49,667 bases of DNA, from positions 39,984,021 to 40,033,687 of the forward strand of contig NC_069000.1 of NCBI RefSeq assembly GCF_001194135.2, in the 5' to 3' direction. Shown in pieces: positions 1 to 11,722 of this stretch; the first letter of the stretch is position 1, and every line of letters begins with the position of its first letter. Source of the DNA: Octopus bimaculoides. Lineage: Eukaryota. The notes beneath the pieces were generated by a model, which ran no database searches, had not been told where the DNA came from, and worked only from the letters and a program-made list of their open reading frames with translations. The translations under genes and the position numbers were made by a program.

Positions 1-134
1 CACCCCCCCCCTATAATGCTTCCTCGAAATTTCAGGCCTTGTGCCGAAAGTATCTCGCAGTGAAAATTTGTGATGAAAAGATGGGTGAATGTGACAAAAA
101 TGGTTTAAAGTGAATGGTATTCGCCTGTAAAATT

Positions 135-424
135 GGAGAATAGGAGAGAGAGAGAGAGAGTTCGAACCTTTGGCGTAACCCTGGATCACCAGGGTAATCC
201 GGGATCTGTGGAGTTCTTTGATTGGTCCCTTGCTGGATTTTCTCCTTTATCAAGAGGCCAGCATCATTATTACACGCTATATATATTTTTTATCGCATTT
301 TCCTTCTCCCCATTTCTGTACGTAAATCCTCACGCAAATTTCTGTCTGTCCCCATGTTGTATCCCTAATCTATGTCACTGTAGCTAATAAAAGAAATTAT
401 TATTATTATTATTGTTATTATTAT
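135..424 (+). mobile_element. Probable non-LTR retrotransposon 3' end (AATAAA plus (TTA)n tail), family unassigned
   Basis: Unique sequence ends in gctAATAAAagaaattattattattatt, a polyadenylation-like signal followed by a TTA-repeat tail. No recognisable protein motif. Confidence 0.35.
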
Positions 425-429
425 TTGAT

Positions 430-620
430 TCCGAGCGCAAAATACCTCCCACGGTTCGACACTAGCACCAGTAGCACCGCCCTTATTGAAGTGATTATCT
501 GGTAACCAGCGCGACCATCAGTTAACGTCGGGATCTTCGTCAAGTAATAAGCGTCGCGGACGACAGTCACAAACGGGGCGCAACAGTAGCATCATCGGCA
601 ACAGCATCAGCAGCAACAAC
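430..620 (+). promoter_or_regulatory. CpG-rich candidate promoter/TSS region of the rost-like gene
   Basis: Dense CpGs (ccgagcgc, gcgcgacc, aacgtcgg, gcgtcgcggacg, ggggcgc) in an otherwise CpG-poor window, about 1.1 kb upstream of the ATG at 1707. Confidence 0.45.
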
Positions 621-1706
621 GGCAACAGCAGCAAGCAAGCAACAGCAGCACCACTGCCAATAGCAACATAATTAAAACCGGAGGAGGAGGAGGAGGAACC
701 GGTAGAGTTAAGAGTGAGGTGGAGTCATGAGAGAAGGATAAGAAAGAAAAAGACAGAGCTGAAAGAAAGAGAGAAGGAAAGATGTGATAGGAGAGTGTTG
801 TAGGAGGAAGGGCAGGAGAGAAACAGATAGGGGGGGGAAGGGAAACACTAAGCTATAAGAAGGAGAGGAAGAAAGATATGACAGGATGCCGTGGCAGGAG
901 GAATGGCAGGAAGACTAGTAGAGAGAGGGAGGGGGGACACGGAGCTAAAAATAGAGGAGGAAAGATATGACAATAAAGTGGTGGGAGGAAGGGCATGAGG
1001 AGTAGAGGGAAAGGAGGATTGATAAAAAGCAGTTACTGAGGGAGTGTGTAGTTAGTGCAGGGAACGATATGGTTAGCACGGTAGTGGTGGTGGTGGTGGT
1101 AATAAGATAGTGGTAGGAAGGGAAGATGGTAAAAGAGGAGCAGTAAGAGTAGGGTAGAACGTAAAGTAACAGCAGCAATATTAGCAGTAGTAGTAGTAGT
1201 AGTTGCAGTAGTAGCTGTAGCAATAGTTGCGGGAAGAATAATAATGATAAAGGTTTCTTTTATTTATATATAATAGTAACAATAATTGTATCTTTATTTT
1301 GCTACTATAACAACAATAATAATTACGATAATGATTTTTTTTTTCGGGAGGAGTAGTCTCAGAAGAAATAAATGCTGGGGGTAGCAATAGTAGTAGTAGT
1401 AGTAGTAGTAGCTGTAACAGGGACAGCGTGAAGAAAGTGGAGGCGACAGCGGCGGCGGCGGCGGGGAAGACACTCGTTGCCGGTACAGGAGGAGGAGGAA
1501 GAGGAGAGAGATACAAAGTGAAAGGGAAAGCCAGAGAGTCATAGAGAAAGAGAGAAAGAAAGAGCAAGAGAGAGAGACAGAGAGAGAGAGAAGATAATAT
1601 AGAACTACCAGCAGCACCAGTAGCAGCAGTAGTGGGGAAAACAACAACAGCAGCAGCGGCAGCAGTAGTGCTGTGGTTCCCACCGCCGTCTGCTGACAGT
1701 GTAAGC

Positions 1707-1799
1707 ATGGAATCTTGTGCACAGTGCTTGAAGAATGAGTTCAAACCAGAGAATGCTGGACTTAATCACGAAGACCCGTCGGTGTTTGTCAAATCACAG
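1707..1799 (+). CDS. rost: First coding exon of a protein rolling stone-like multi-pass membrane protein (MESCAQCLKNEFKPENAGLNHEDPSVFVKSQ)
   Basis: ATG in strong Kozak context (A at -3, G at +4). Phase-0 donor CAG|GTAAAT at 1799/1800. The motif E-x4-N-x-G-x8-F-x2-SQ has the same spacing as the N-terminus of Drosophila rolling stone as recalled (ELQRANFGFAYNRVHLFYRSQ). Not confirmed by a search. Confidence 0.72.
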
Positions 1800-2055
1800 G
1801 TAAATTCTTTTGATGGTTCCAGTTCCAATATCCTCGATTCCTGTCTCTGAAACCCACGCGCGCCAACACTTCTATAAAAATATCCATAGGATTTTCTTCA
1901 GAAATCTGTTTGTCTGTCTTTCTCTCTCTCTCATATGTATACTCATCCTGTTGCACATGACTTGTTTTAAACACACTATGATTTTTCTCTTCCTAATCTA
2001 TCTTATTTACATATCCATTTGTCTACGTATCGATTTAATTAACCATCTATGTATC

Positions 2056-2119
2056 TATATATTTATCTAATTAGCTATCTGTATATCTGTCTACCAATCT
2101 ATCGATCTGTCTACCAGTC

Positions 2120-2161
<42 letters not shown>

Positions 2162-2172
2162 CATCTGTCCAC

Positions 2173-2251
<79 letters not shown>

Positions 2252-2390
2252 GTCTATCTATCTATCTGTCTATCTATCTATCTGTCCATCTGTCTGTCTG
2301 TCTATCTATCTATCTGTCTATCTATCTATCTGTCTATCTATCCATCTGTCTGTCTGTCTATCTATCCATCTGTCCATCTATCTATCTATA
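2056..2390. repeat. (TATC)n/(TGTC)n compound microsatellite
   Basis: Directly visible tetranucleotide tract. Confidence 0.95.
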
Positions 2391-2545
2391 GCGCCGTCTT
2401 AAGGCATGGTTGTACTGGGCAGTAGTTGCTCGAGGCCCTCACGGTTCTAAGGGCTCAATTTTGGTCTATCTATGTGGTAACTTGCTGTCCAGAAATACAT
2501 ATTGTAGGGCCCAGGGACCGATAATGCTGCCAAGATGACCCCCGT
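2390..2545. mobile_element. Degenerate hAT-like MITE
   Basis: Left end gcgccgtcttaagg and right end gccaagatgacccc resemble decayed CAGGGCCGTCTTAA-type TIRs. No clear TSD. Confidence 0.3.
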
Positions 2546-2559
2546 ATACATACATGCAC

Positions 2560-2611
<52 letters not shown>

Positions 2612-3560
2612 NNNNNNNNNNNNNNNNNNNNNNNNNNNNNNNNNNNNNNNNNNNNNNNNNNNNNNNNNNNNNNNNNNNNNNNNNNNNNNNNNNNNNNNNN
2701 NNNNNNNNNNNNNNNNNNNNNNNNNNNNNNNNNNNNNNNNNNNNNNNNNNNNNNNNNNNNNNNNNNNNNNNNNNNNNNNNNNNNNNNNNNNNNNNNNNNN
2801 NNNNNNNNNNNNNNNNNNNNNNNNNNNNNNNNNNNNNNNNNNNNNNNNNNNNNNNNNNNNNNNNNNNNNNNNNNNNNNNNNNNNNNNNNNNNNNNNNNNN
2901 NNNNNNNNNNNNNNNNNNNNNNNNNNNNNNNNNNNNNNNNNNNNNNNNNNNNNNNNNNNNNNNNNNNNNNNNNNNNNNNNNNNNNNNNNNNNNNNNNNNN
3001 NNNNNNNNNNNNNNNNNNNNNNNNNNNNNNNNNNNNNNNNNNNNNNNNNNNNNNNNNNNNNNNNNNNNNNNNNNNNNNNNNNNNNNNNNNNNNNNNNNNN
3101 NNNNNNNNNNNNNNNNNNNNNNNNNNNNNNNNNNNNNNNNNNNNNNNNNNNNNNNNNNNNNNNNNNNNNNNNNNNNNNNNNNNNNNNNNNNNNNNNNNNN
3201 NNNNNNNNNNNNNNNNNNNNNNNNNNNNNNNNNNNNNNNNNNNNNNNNNNNNNNNNNNNNNNNNNNNNNNNNNNNNNNNNNNNNNNNNNNNNNNNNNNNN
3301 NNNNNNNNNNNNNNNNNNNNNNNNNNNNNNNNNNNNNNNNNNNNNNNNNNNNNNNNNNNNNNNNNNNNNNNNNNNNNNNNNNNNNNNNNNNNNNNNNNNN
3401 NNNNNNNNNNNNNNNNNNNNNNNNNNNNNNNNNNNNNNNNNNNNNNNNNNNNNNNNNNNNNNNNNNNNNNNNNNNNGTTAGTGTAAACAAAGGCAGGAAG
3501 TACTCAATACTTAAAATAGAGTGGTATAATTTCATGGAAGCTGCAAATGTATTACCCACC

Positions 3561-3636
<76 letters not shown>

Positions 3637-4123
3637 ATATATATATATTTTTATATATGACGTTGACCACTAACGTGGACATTCAATGTGCTAGAAATAG
3701 ATCACATTTTATGTATGTGTGTGTGTGTGTGTGTGTGTATGTGCGTGCATGGTCAAATATTCATATATATATATGAATATTTGACCACGCACGCACGCGC
3801 ACACACACATATATAATATACACCAGTCCAAGGAATGGAGAACTTAGAGGAGGACCCTGTGACTTTCTGCCAGGAGTTTCTCTAAAATATAAAAGAATTA
3901 ATCCAGATGTAGCTCTCTTCACTTTTAAGAGGACCTGCCATCAGTCTTGTCTTATTTTGCCAAAATTTCTCTTGGGGGAGGGGCCTTACACACACACACA
4001 CACACACACACACACTGAAAATCGTTTTAGAATATGTTGTTGGATCTTGGGTTGAATGACTTTAATGCATAACTTTAAACCTACTTAGTTTGCTCTGGTG
4101 TCTATGAAACAGGTTAATGAGAT

Positions 4124-4161
<38 letters not shown>

Positions 4162-4698
4162 CTGGGTGGGTAGCACAGATGAGTTTTGCAAACCTTAACA
4201 GACAAGTGTTTAGTTTAAACATCTATGGGTAAGAGTTCTGCAAGAAAAGTATGAATGAAGATGGGAGATAATTCCAGAGTTTATGAAGTTCAAGATAGCA
4301 ATTCTGCATGATTGGGAAAATGAGTGCTCGTTGGGATGACCGGATGATGACGAGAGACAGATGACAAGTTCGGTTCAATAGGTGTGCGGAAAGAAGTGGA
4401 AAACTGTTTGTAATGATGAAATCAGCATCATTTAACGTCATTTTCCATGCTGGCATATCTGTTTTGGCATGGTCTTTACAACTGGAATGGAAGAGCCAGA
4501 CAAAAAGACACTGTTTTATTACTCTTTCTGTATCCTTTTTTTATTATTCTGCTCCTTTTCTTTGTTACTATGGCAATACACATACTAAAATTAGAATGGT
4601 ACAAAGATTAGTGTGACCCCTGTGCAAGGATACCATGCAAATTTGGGAAGCACTCTATATTGAACTGACAAAGCCATTGGCAAATCAGATAAAATGCT

Positions 4699-5076
4699 TA
4701 CTCTTTTACTTGTTTCAGTCATTTGCCTGTGGCCATGCTGGAGCACCGCCTTTAGTCGAGCAACTCGACCCCAGGACTTATTCTTTGTAAGCCTAGTACT
4801 TATTCTATCGGTATCTTTTGCCGAACCACTAAGTTACGGGGACCTAAACACACCAGCATCGGTTGTCAAGCGATGTTGGGGGGACAAACACACACACACA
4901 CACACATATATATGACGGGCTTCTTTCAGTTTCCGTCTACCAAATCCACTCACAAGGCTTTGGTCGGCCCGAGGCTGTAGTAGAAGACACTTGCCCAAGC
5001 TGCCATGCAGTGGGACTTAACCTGGAACCATGTGGTTCGTAAGCAAGCTACTTACCACACAACCACTTCTACGCCT
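4699..5076 (-). mobile_element. tRNA-derived SINE with CORE-like segment (family A)
   Basis: The reverse complement has a tRNA-like head (gtgtggtaagtagcttgctt...ggttaagtccc), a CORE-like cttgggcaagtgtcttctact segment, an internal microsatellite and the tail gactgaaacaagtaaaagagta. Many near-identical copies in the window. Confidence 0.9.
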
Positions 5077-5760
5077 AGTGCATTTTTTTCTGGCTTTGCA
5101 TTCTGAGTTTAAATTCCGTTGAGGTTGACTTTGCCCGTCATCCTTTTGTGGGTCAATAAAATAAGTATCAGTTGAGCCCTGGGGTTGATATAATTGATTT
5201 GTTCCCTACCCCCAGAATTTCTGCCTATAGTAGAGAGGCTTGTTTACATAGAAGGTTTGGGTGTTGCTCTCACTATTGCTACATCGTATGTTCGATTCCT
5301 GGATTGACCAGCATGTTGTGTCCTTGAGCAAGGGATTTCATTTTACGTCGGTCTGCAATCATTACATCAAACGTGTGGCACACTTGTACACCTGTACAGG
5401 TAGTGTTGATTCTAAATTTGATGAAGTGATTGTTTATTTTTAGAATGACATTGTTGGGTAGGTGTGAGAGGCTGGATCTGGCCAGTTTGACCATAAAACC
5501 AGGTAGAATATTTGGGTTGGATATGGTCAGTTTAAATGCTAAAGGGTTAAAGTAGCAATATGATGAAAGTCTGAAGACCTCATGTTCTGAGTTCAAATGC
5601 TGCTGTAGTCGACTATGCCTTTTTATCCTTTCAGGGGTTGATAAGACATGTACCTTTTGAACTGTGGGGAGTCGGTGTAATTGACTTATCCCATCACCTG
5701 AAATTGCTGGCCTTGTGCCAAAATTCGAAATCAATATTATGACAGTAGTGGTTATCAAAG

Positions 5761-6098
5761 CAGTAGCGTAACTGTTGGGGGGGGGCAAGGGGATCCACGT
5801 GCCCCTGGCGCCAATTGAAGTGGGGCGCTGATTGAAGCGGGGCGCTGATTGAATGTTTCAATCGGGGTGGGGAGAAGCTGGTGCATTAAATGGTTAAAAT
5901 AAGGAGTTTTCGTAAATGTATACATTCAAAAGATATATTTTGAAAAACGAACCCCTGTAAAGTATTTATTCTTAAAATATTGCTTAAAAACATTAATTAC
6001 TTGTAACAAATAATAATAATGCGGATTTTGTAATTGAGGAGGGAGGGGCCCATTTTTGCAGCTTGCCCCAGGCACGGTTTACCCTAGCTATGCCACTG
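5761..6098. mobile_element. hAT-superfamily MITE, 338 bp
   Basis: TIRs CAGTAGCGTAACT / AGCTATGCCACTG. 8-bp TSD TATCAAAG (5753-5760) / TATCAAAA (6099-6106). Subterminal 17-bp direct repeat tgaag(t/c)ggggcgctgat x2. Confidence 0.85.
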
Positions 6099-6384
6099 TA
6101 TCAAAATGACAAACAGCAGTCACTCCTCTAGAGTATTATTGACATTTCCCATGTCCCATTTTTTCTTAATTAGAAACTAAAACACCATTTTAGTTTGCTG
6201 TCAAATATTTCTTCTTTCTTCACGTTTGTGTTGGACAGGTTTAAAAAGTTTTAAAACCATCAGAAATTGATTTGATACAGCTGTTTGTCCATCCCCAACT
6301 TTTAGTAATGAAGTTTGTTGTTGTTGTTGGATTCTCATTGCTTTGATGAATGAGAATTAACCCTATAGTATTTAATCTAGCCAT

Positions 6385-6712
6385 ATGGCTTAGTGGTTAG
6401 AGCATCGAGCTTATGATTGTGAGGTTGTGAGTTTGATTCCCGGACCGGGCTGCATTTTTTTCACATTGCTCCAGTTAACTCAGCTGTAGAAATGAGTTGC
6501 GACATCACTGGTGCCAAGCTGTATCGGCCCCTTTGCCTTTCCCTTGGATAACATCGGTGCCATGGAGAGATGAGGCTGGTCTGCATGGGTGACTGCTGGC
6601 CTTCCACAAACAGCCTTGCCCAGACTTGTGCCTCGAAGGGTAACTTTCTAGGTGCAATCCTATGGTCATTCATGACCGAAGCAGGGTCTCCTATCAGGCT
6701 GAAATATCCTAC
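6385..6712 (+). mobile_element. tRNA-derived SINE (family D) nested in a piggyBac-like MITE
   Basis: A box tggcttagtggtt, B box gagtttgattcc, and tail ggtaactttctaggtgcaatcc shared with 32820-32925. Flanked by TTAACCCT at about 6357 and by MITE body at 6712-6880. Confidence 0.75.
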
Positions 6713-7300
6713 ATGTTTTATTTTCAAACAGCGCAGATCAGGTCTCTCGCACCTACCCTAAAATGTTATTCTGAAAAATAGACAATCACGTCACCGAAAC
6801 CTCAAAGCTACAAAATAAAGTATGATTAATTTGATACTATGTGAAGAAATAAGCATTACATTTGATAAAGTAATCTAGCAAGGTAATCTAGCAGGGTCTA
6901 GCAAGGTATAGCTTCATGTTGTCCTTAGTTCAGTGTTTTGTCATGTCTATTGGATTATGATAATACATGATGTTTGTGTCGGTGTCGTAGTTTGCTGAGC
7001 AACCTACACGATGGGCATGGTTTGTGCAGAGCCAGTTCCACATTGCTGTCCTTCAAGATACTTGTATTGGTTTGGTGCAACAAGTGCCACTGCCTCAATA
7101 CTTATCAGGGTGTAGGATTTGTAGGGAGTTACCTTGTCTAAGACGAGCCACTAAAGAACTGCTGGACCTCATCTGCCCTGGGTCAGTGGCGGCATCTGCA
7201 AGTGGCCTTCTTCTTGAGACAGTTCTGTGACATGCTAATTAATAAATAAAATTCCTTACAGCAAATATTTCAGTATGAATGAACAAAACTTAATCTTTAA

Positions 7301-7747
7301 CCCTTTAGCGTTCAAATGGCACTCATGAAATCAAGCCATTGTCAGTGTCATGTAAATGGCACCCGTCCTGGTGGCATGTTGAAATACCCATTACACTCTT
7401 GGAGTGGTTGACATTAGGAAGGGCATCCAGCTGTAGAAACTATGCTAAATCAGACTGGAACCTGGTGCAGCCTCCTAGCTTACTGGTTTCAGTTAAAACG
7501 TCTAACCCATGCCAGCATGGAAAGTGGACGTTAAATGATAAGGATGAGGATTATTCTGTCGTGCATAATGCTTATTTATTCAAATTAGTTGAATTAATCA
7601 TGCATTATCTCACTGCTTCTAGATTTCAGTAATGTGATAGTATCTTTTTTATAATGACATTGTATGGTAAGTGTGAGAGGCTAGATCTGGCTGATTTGAA
7701 CATGTAGAATATTTTAGGATGATATGGCTGGTTTAAATGCTAAAGGG
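7301..7747. mobile_element. piggyBac-like MITE family 2 with an internal SINE fragment
   Basis: TTAA on both sides (7297-7300, 7748-7751). TIRs CCCTTTAGCGTTCAAA / TTTAAATGCTAAAGGG (14/16). Partial copies at about 5440-5550, 6357-6880 and 28880-28965. Confidence 0.8.
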
Positions 7748-7810
7748 TTAACAGCCGAAATATCTTGCTTTAGCATTAAAAGAAATTAGCATTTTCTTGA
7801 CAACAGTCCT

Positions 7811-8150
7811 TTAACCCTTCTGTTACCGTATTTCTGTTGAGATGCTCTGTGTTTCTGTCAATTCATTTTAAATATAACAAAGAGTTTAGTGAAATAACTT
7901 GGTTATCATTAAGGTGGTGCTTTGAACAGAAATTGTGACTAAGGTTTGGTGGAAGATTTTAATTCAAGACATATGAAAACAAGACATTTGTACTACAGAG
8001 CCAGTTTCTGTCTACCAAATCCACTCACAAGGCTTTGGTCGGCCCAAAGCTATAGTAGAAGACACTTGCCCAAGGTGCTGTGCAGTGGGACTGAACCTGG
8101 AACCATGTGGTTCGTAAGCAAACTACTTATCACACAGCCACTCCTACGCC
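7811..8150 (-). mobile_element. Inverted partial piggyBac-like MITE family 1 fused to a family A SINE head
   Basis: 7811-8008 is the reverse complement of the 8565-8774 element. It continues directly into SINE sequence tgtctaccaaatccactcacaagg. Confidence 0.8.
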
Positions 8151-8560
8151 AAAGTTAATTGGATATTTTAACCAATTAACAAATAATAAAGGAGTGGAAA
8201 TGAACCAATACATGTGTTAATAATATTGGAATAATGACTCTCCCTAGACAAAACAAAATTTGTTTCAACACATGAATTCACATAAAGAACCTTGCAAACC
8301 AGATATAAAGATGAAATATGTTCCAAATGGCTCTATAACAGCGAAATTATCTTACTAAATTCTTCATTTTTTTTTTCAAAACCAACAGGAAGAAAAACAG
8401 CATATTTCAAGAGAAATAGGGAAACAAAAGGATTAAAACAGGAAGCAGTGAATTGGTATCAAAAAAGTTCATATAATGTCTCGATCACCAGTGATTGCAC
8501 TTTTAACAATCACTTTATCTGAGCCCAAACCAATATTTTGTATTGTTAGTATATCAAACC

Positions 8561-9362
8561 TTAACCCTTTTGATACCAACCCAGCTGAAACCACCTCTGA
8601 TTCTGTAGTACAAATGTCTTGTTTTCAAAAATTTTGAATTGAAATCTTCCACCAAACCTTAGTCACAATTTATGTTCCTAACACAACTAAGTTATTTTAC
8701 TAAATTCTTTGTTATATTTAAAATTAATTGAAAGAAACACAGAGCATCTCAACAAAAATATGGTAACAAAAGGGTTAAAATATATAATAGAGAAACAATT
8801 CTTAACCCTTTTGATACCAACCTGGCTGAAACCAGCTCTGGCTCTGTAGTACAAATGTCTTGTTTTCATAAGTTTTGAATTATTAAAATCTTCCACCAAA
8901 CAAACCTTAGTCACAATTTATGTTCCTATCACCAGCTTTATGTTAACTAAGTTATTTTACTAAATTCTTTGTTATATTTAAAATAATTGAAAGAAACACA
9001 GAGCATCTCAACAGAAATATAGTAACAAAAGGGTTAAAATATATTATAGAGAAACAGTTCTTAACCCTTTTGATACCAACCCAGCTGAAACTGCCTCTGA
9101 TCCTGTAATACAAATGTCTTGTTTTCATAAGTTCTGAATTAAAATCTTCCACCAAACCTTAGTCACAATTTATGTTCCTATCACCAGCTTTATGTTANNN
9201 NNNNNNNNNNNNNNNNNNNNNNNNNNNACAAACCTTAGTCACAATTTATGTTCCTATCACCAGCTTTATGTTAACTAAGTTATTTTACTAAATTCTTTCT
9301 TATATTTAAAATTAATTAAAAGAAACACAGAGCATCTCAAAATAAATATGGTAACAAAAGGG
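8561..9362 (+). mobile_element. Three tandem copies of piggyBac-like MITE family 1
   Basis: Copies 8565-8774, 8806-9033 and 9065-9362. TIR CCCTTTTGATACCA / TGGTAACAAAAGGG with TTAA at the ends (the last copy lacks its 3' TTAA). Near-identical 23-bp spacer between copies. Confidence 0.88.
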
Positions 9363-9689
9363 CCAAATGTACACATGTCTGTGAAGTGCTCAACCACTTG
9401 AGTGTTAATTTGATGAGCAGGCTGTTCTATTCATTGGATTAACTGGAACACTTGTCATTGTAACCGAAGGAGTGCCAATTATTTATGTCCCACTGCTGAA
9501 CAAAAGAGAAGAGTCTTCTGTGTCCCTATTGTCATGTTGAATTTTCTATATTTACCCATGTATTAGTCACCCTCTTGATTTAGCACTAAATGTTGGTACA
9601 AATCTATTATCCTTCATAATACTAGCTCTGCCCATGTATGGGTTGTGCCCCACTTCTATCACTTAGAAATAAAATACAAAATAGCGTGA

Positions 9690-10093
9690 AAAGTTTACTT
9701 CCCAACCATATGGTTCCAGGTTCAGTTCCACTGTGTGGCACTTTGGGCAATTGTCTTCTACTATAGCCTTGGGTTGATCAAAGCCTTGTGAGTGAATTTG
9801 GTTGATGGAAACTGAAAGAAGCCCATTGTATGTGTGTATATATGTGTGTGTGCGTGTGACAAATGGTGATGGTGTGTGTGTGTGTGTATGTGTTATTTGT
9901 GTCTGTGTTTGGCTGCCCCCCACCATCGCTTGACAACCGATGTTGGTGTGTTTACGTCCCTGTCACGTAGCATTTTGATAAGTCCCCGAAAGAATAAGTA
10001 CTAGGCTTACAAAGAATAAGTCCTGGGGTCAATTTCTTTGACTAAAAGGCGGTGCTCCAGCATGGCCATGACTGAAACAAATAAAAAAAAAAA
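9690..10093 (+). mobile_element. Family A CORE-like SINE
   Basis: Head, CORE-like segment, (TG)n and the same tail as other family A copies, ending in an A-rich tract. Confidence 0.85.
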
Positions 10094-10449
10094 TCCTTGT
10101 ATTTACTATTGGTAAATAAAAGTATTCGTGAGGAATCACCACAGATATTTCTGTTACCATGCATAAGAATACAAAAAATACAAAAAAAAACAGGACAAAA
10201 AAAACCCAACACGGTTTCCAAATAAACAGCGTAGTGTGGTACAAAGAAATATGTTAGTATACTTGTTGTTGGCTGAGAAATAAAAGACATATTGGAACCA
10301 ATGACATTTGGCCAAGTAGACCAGCCTGAAAGTAATTCCTCATAAATTGTTTTTATTTTAAAAAGTTTTGCTATGACAGTAAACTGTCAGAATTATTATG
10401 CATTTGACAAAATGGTTCCCTGCATTTCATCCAGCTCCTTAAATTCTTA

Positions 10450-10800
10450 GTTCAAATTCTGCTAAGGTCAGCTTTGCCATTTACCACTGTGCATTTGAGA
10501 AGATAAAGTAATGGGGTTGATGCCCATTACGTCCTATGTTCAAATTCCATTTAGGTTAGCTTAGCTTTTTACCTTTCTGGGTTCGATAAGATAAAGTACT
10601 GGGGTTGATACTCCTTTCATTCTGAGTTCAAATTCTGCTAAGGTCAGCTTTGCTTTTTACCTTTCTGGGTTTGACAAGATAAAGTATAGGGACTGATACT
10701 ACTTACATTCCGAGTTCAAATTCTGCTGAGGCCTTTTACCCCTCTGGGTCCAATAAGATAAAGTACCAGTACAGTACTGGGGGTTGATATAATCATTTCA
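10450..10800 (+). repeat. 88-bp tandem array derived from a SINE B-box/body segment
   Basis: GTTCAAATTC recurs at 10450, 10538, 10626 and 10714 (exact 88-bp period), usually followed by aggtcagctttg...gataagataaagta...ggggttgat. Confidence 0.85.
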
Positions 10801-11316
10801 CCCACTCCCTCTAAAATTATTAACCTTGTGCAAAAATTTCAAACCTTTTAAAATTCTTCAAGGTGGTGAAATGGCAGAGTGGTTAATAATGCATAGGGCA
10901 AAATGCCCAGTGGTATTCCTTTAGCTTCTTATGCTCTGAGTTCAATTCCCAATAAGGTCAGCTTTGCCTTTAATCTTTTACGGGGTTGAAAAAAAAAAAG
11001 GTGGGGTACCAGTTGAGTACTGGCGTTGATGTGATTANNNNNNNNNNNNNNNNNNNNNNNNNNNNNNNNNNNNNNNNNNNNNNNNNNNNNNNNNNNNNNN
11101 NNNNNNNNNNNNNNNNNNNNNNNNNNNNNNNNNNNNNNNNNNNNNNNNNNNNNNNNNNNNNNNNNNNNNNNNNNNNNNNNNNNNNNNNNNNNNNNNNNNN
11201 NNNNNNNNNNNNNNNNNNNNNNNNNNNNNNNNNNNNNNTTCTACCATAGCCCTGGTCTGACCAATGCCTTGTTAGTGAATATGGAGGAGAGAAACTGAGA
11301 GGAAGCCTGTTGTGTA

Positions 11317-11359
<43 letters not shown>

Positions 11360-11361
<2 letters not shown>

Positions 11362-11546
11362 CCATGATAGATTACTAACCACTACACACATTTTTTTTCT
11401 CTCCTTGTTTCTTTCTGTGTTCCTTTCTGTAGAAGAGCGTAGACTCGAAACATTAAAGACTTTTTCAATCCCCGAGCGTTATACTAATACATCTGTTTGT
11501 TTTCTACACTACCTGTCTTCATCTGTTGTTTTTTTCTGAATTCTCC
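11360..11546 (+). mobile_element. Short Penelope-like pLTR/retrozyme-like remnant with a decayed minimal hammerhead (11423-11458)
   Basis: CTTT-CTGTAGA-A-GAGC-GTAG-ACTC-GAAAC-ATT-AAAG. Flanked on both sides by (TA)n. Confidence 0.6.
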
Positions 11547-11722
11547 ATATATATATATTTATATATATAATGTGTGTGTATAAAGACAGATATAGATATA
11601 CACATACACATACATTTATATATATATATATACACACATATATATATATCTATATATATTAGACAGAATGAGATAACAAAGCCAAGGCTGTGAGGAGTTT
11701 TAAGGGCATTTATAATGAAATA

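Noticed and set aside
2447-3776. Long ORFs of 300-413 aa (also at 30382, 40260 and 47982)
   Set aside because: They are runs of X from assembly N gaps flanked by microsatellite translations.
6880-7230. Possible decayed LINE fragment (also 3820-3970, 4220-4420, 27100-27255)
   Set aside because: Only vague peptide resemblance with multiple stops; family cannot be supported.
9198-9270. Internal duplication in the third MITE copy
   Set aside because: Identical sequence on both sides of a short N gap; probably an assembly overlap artefact.
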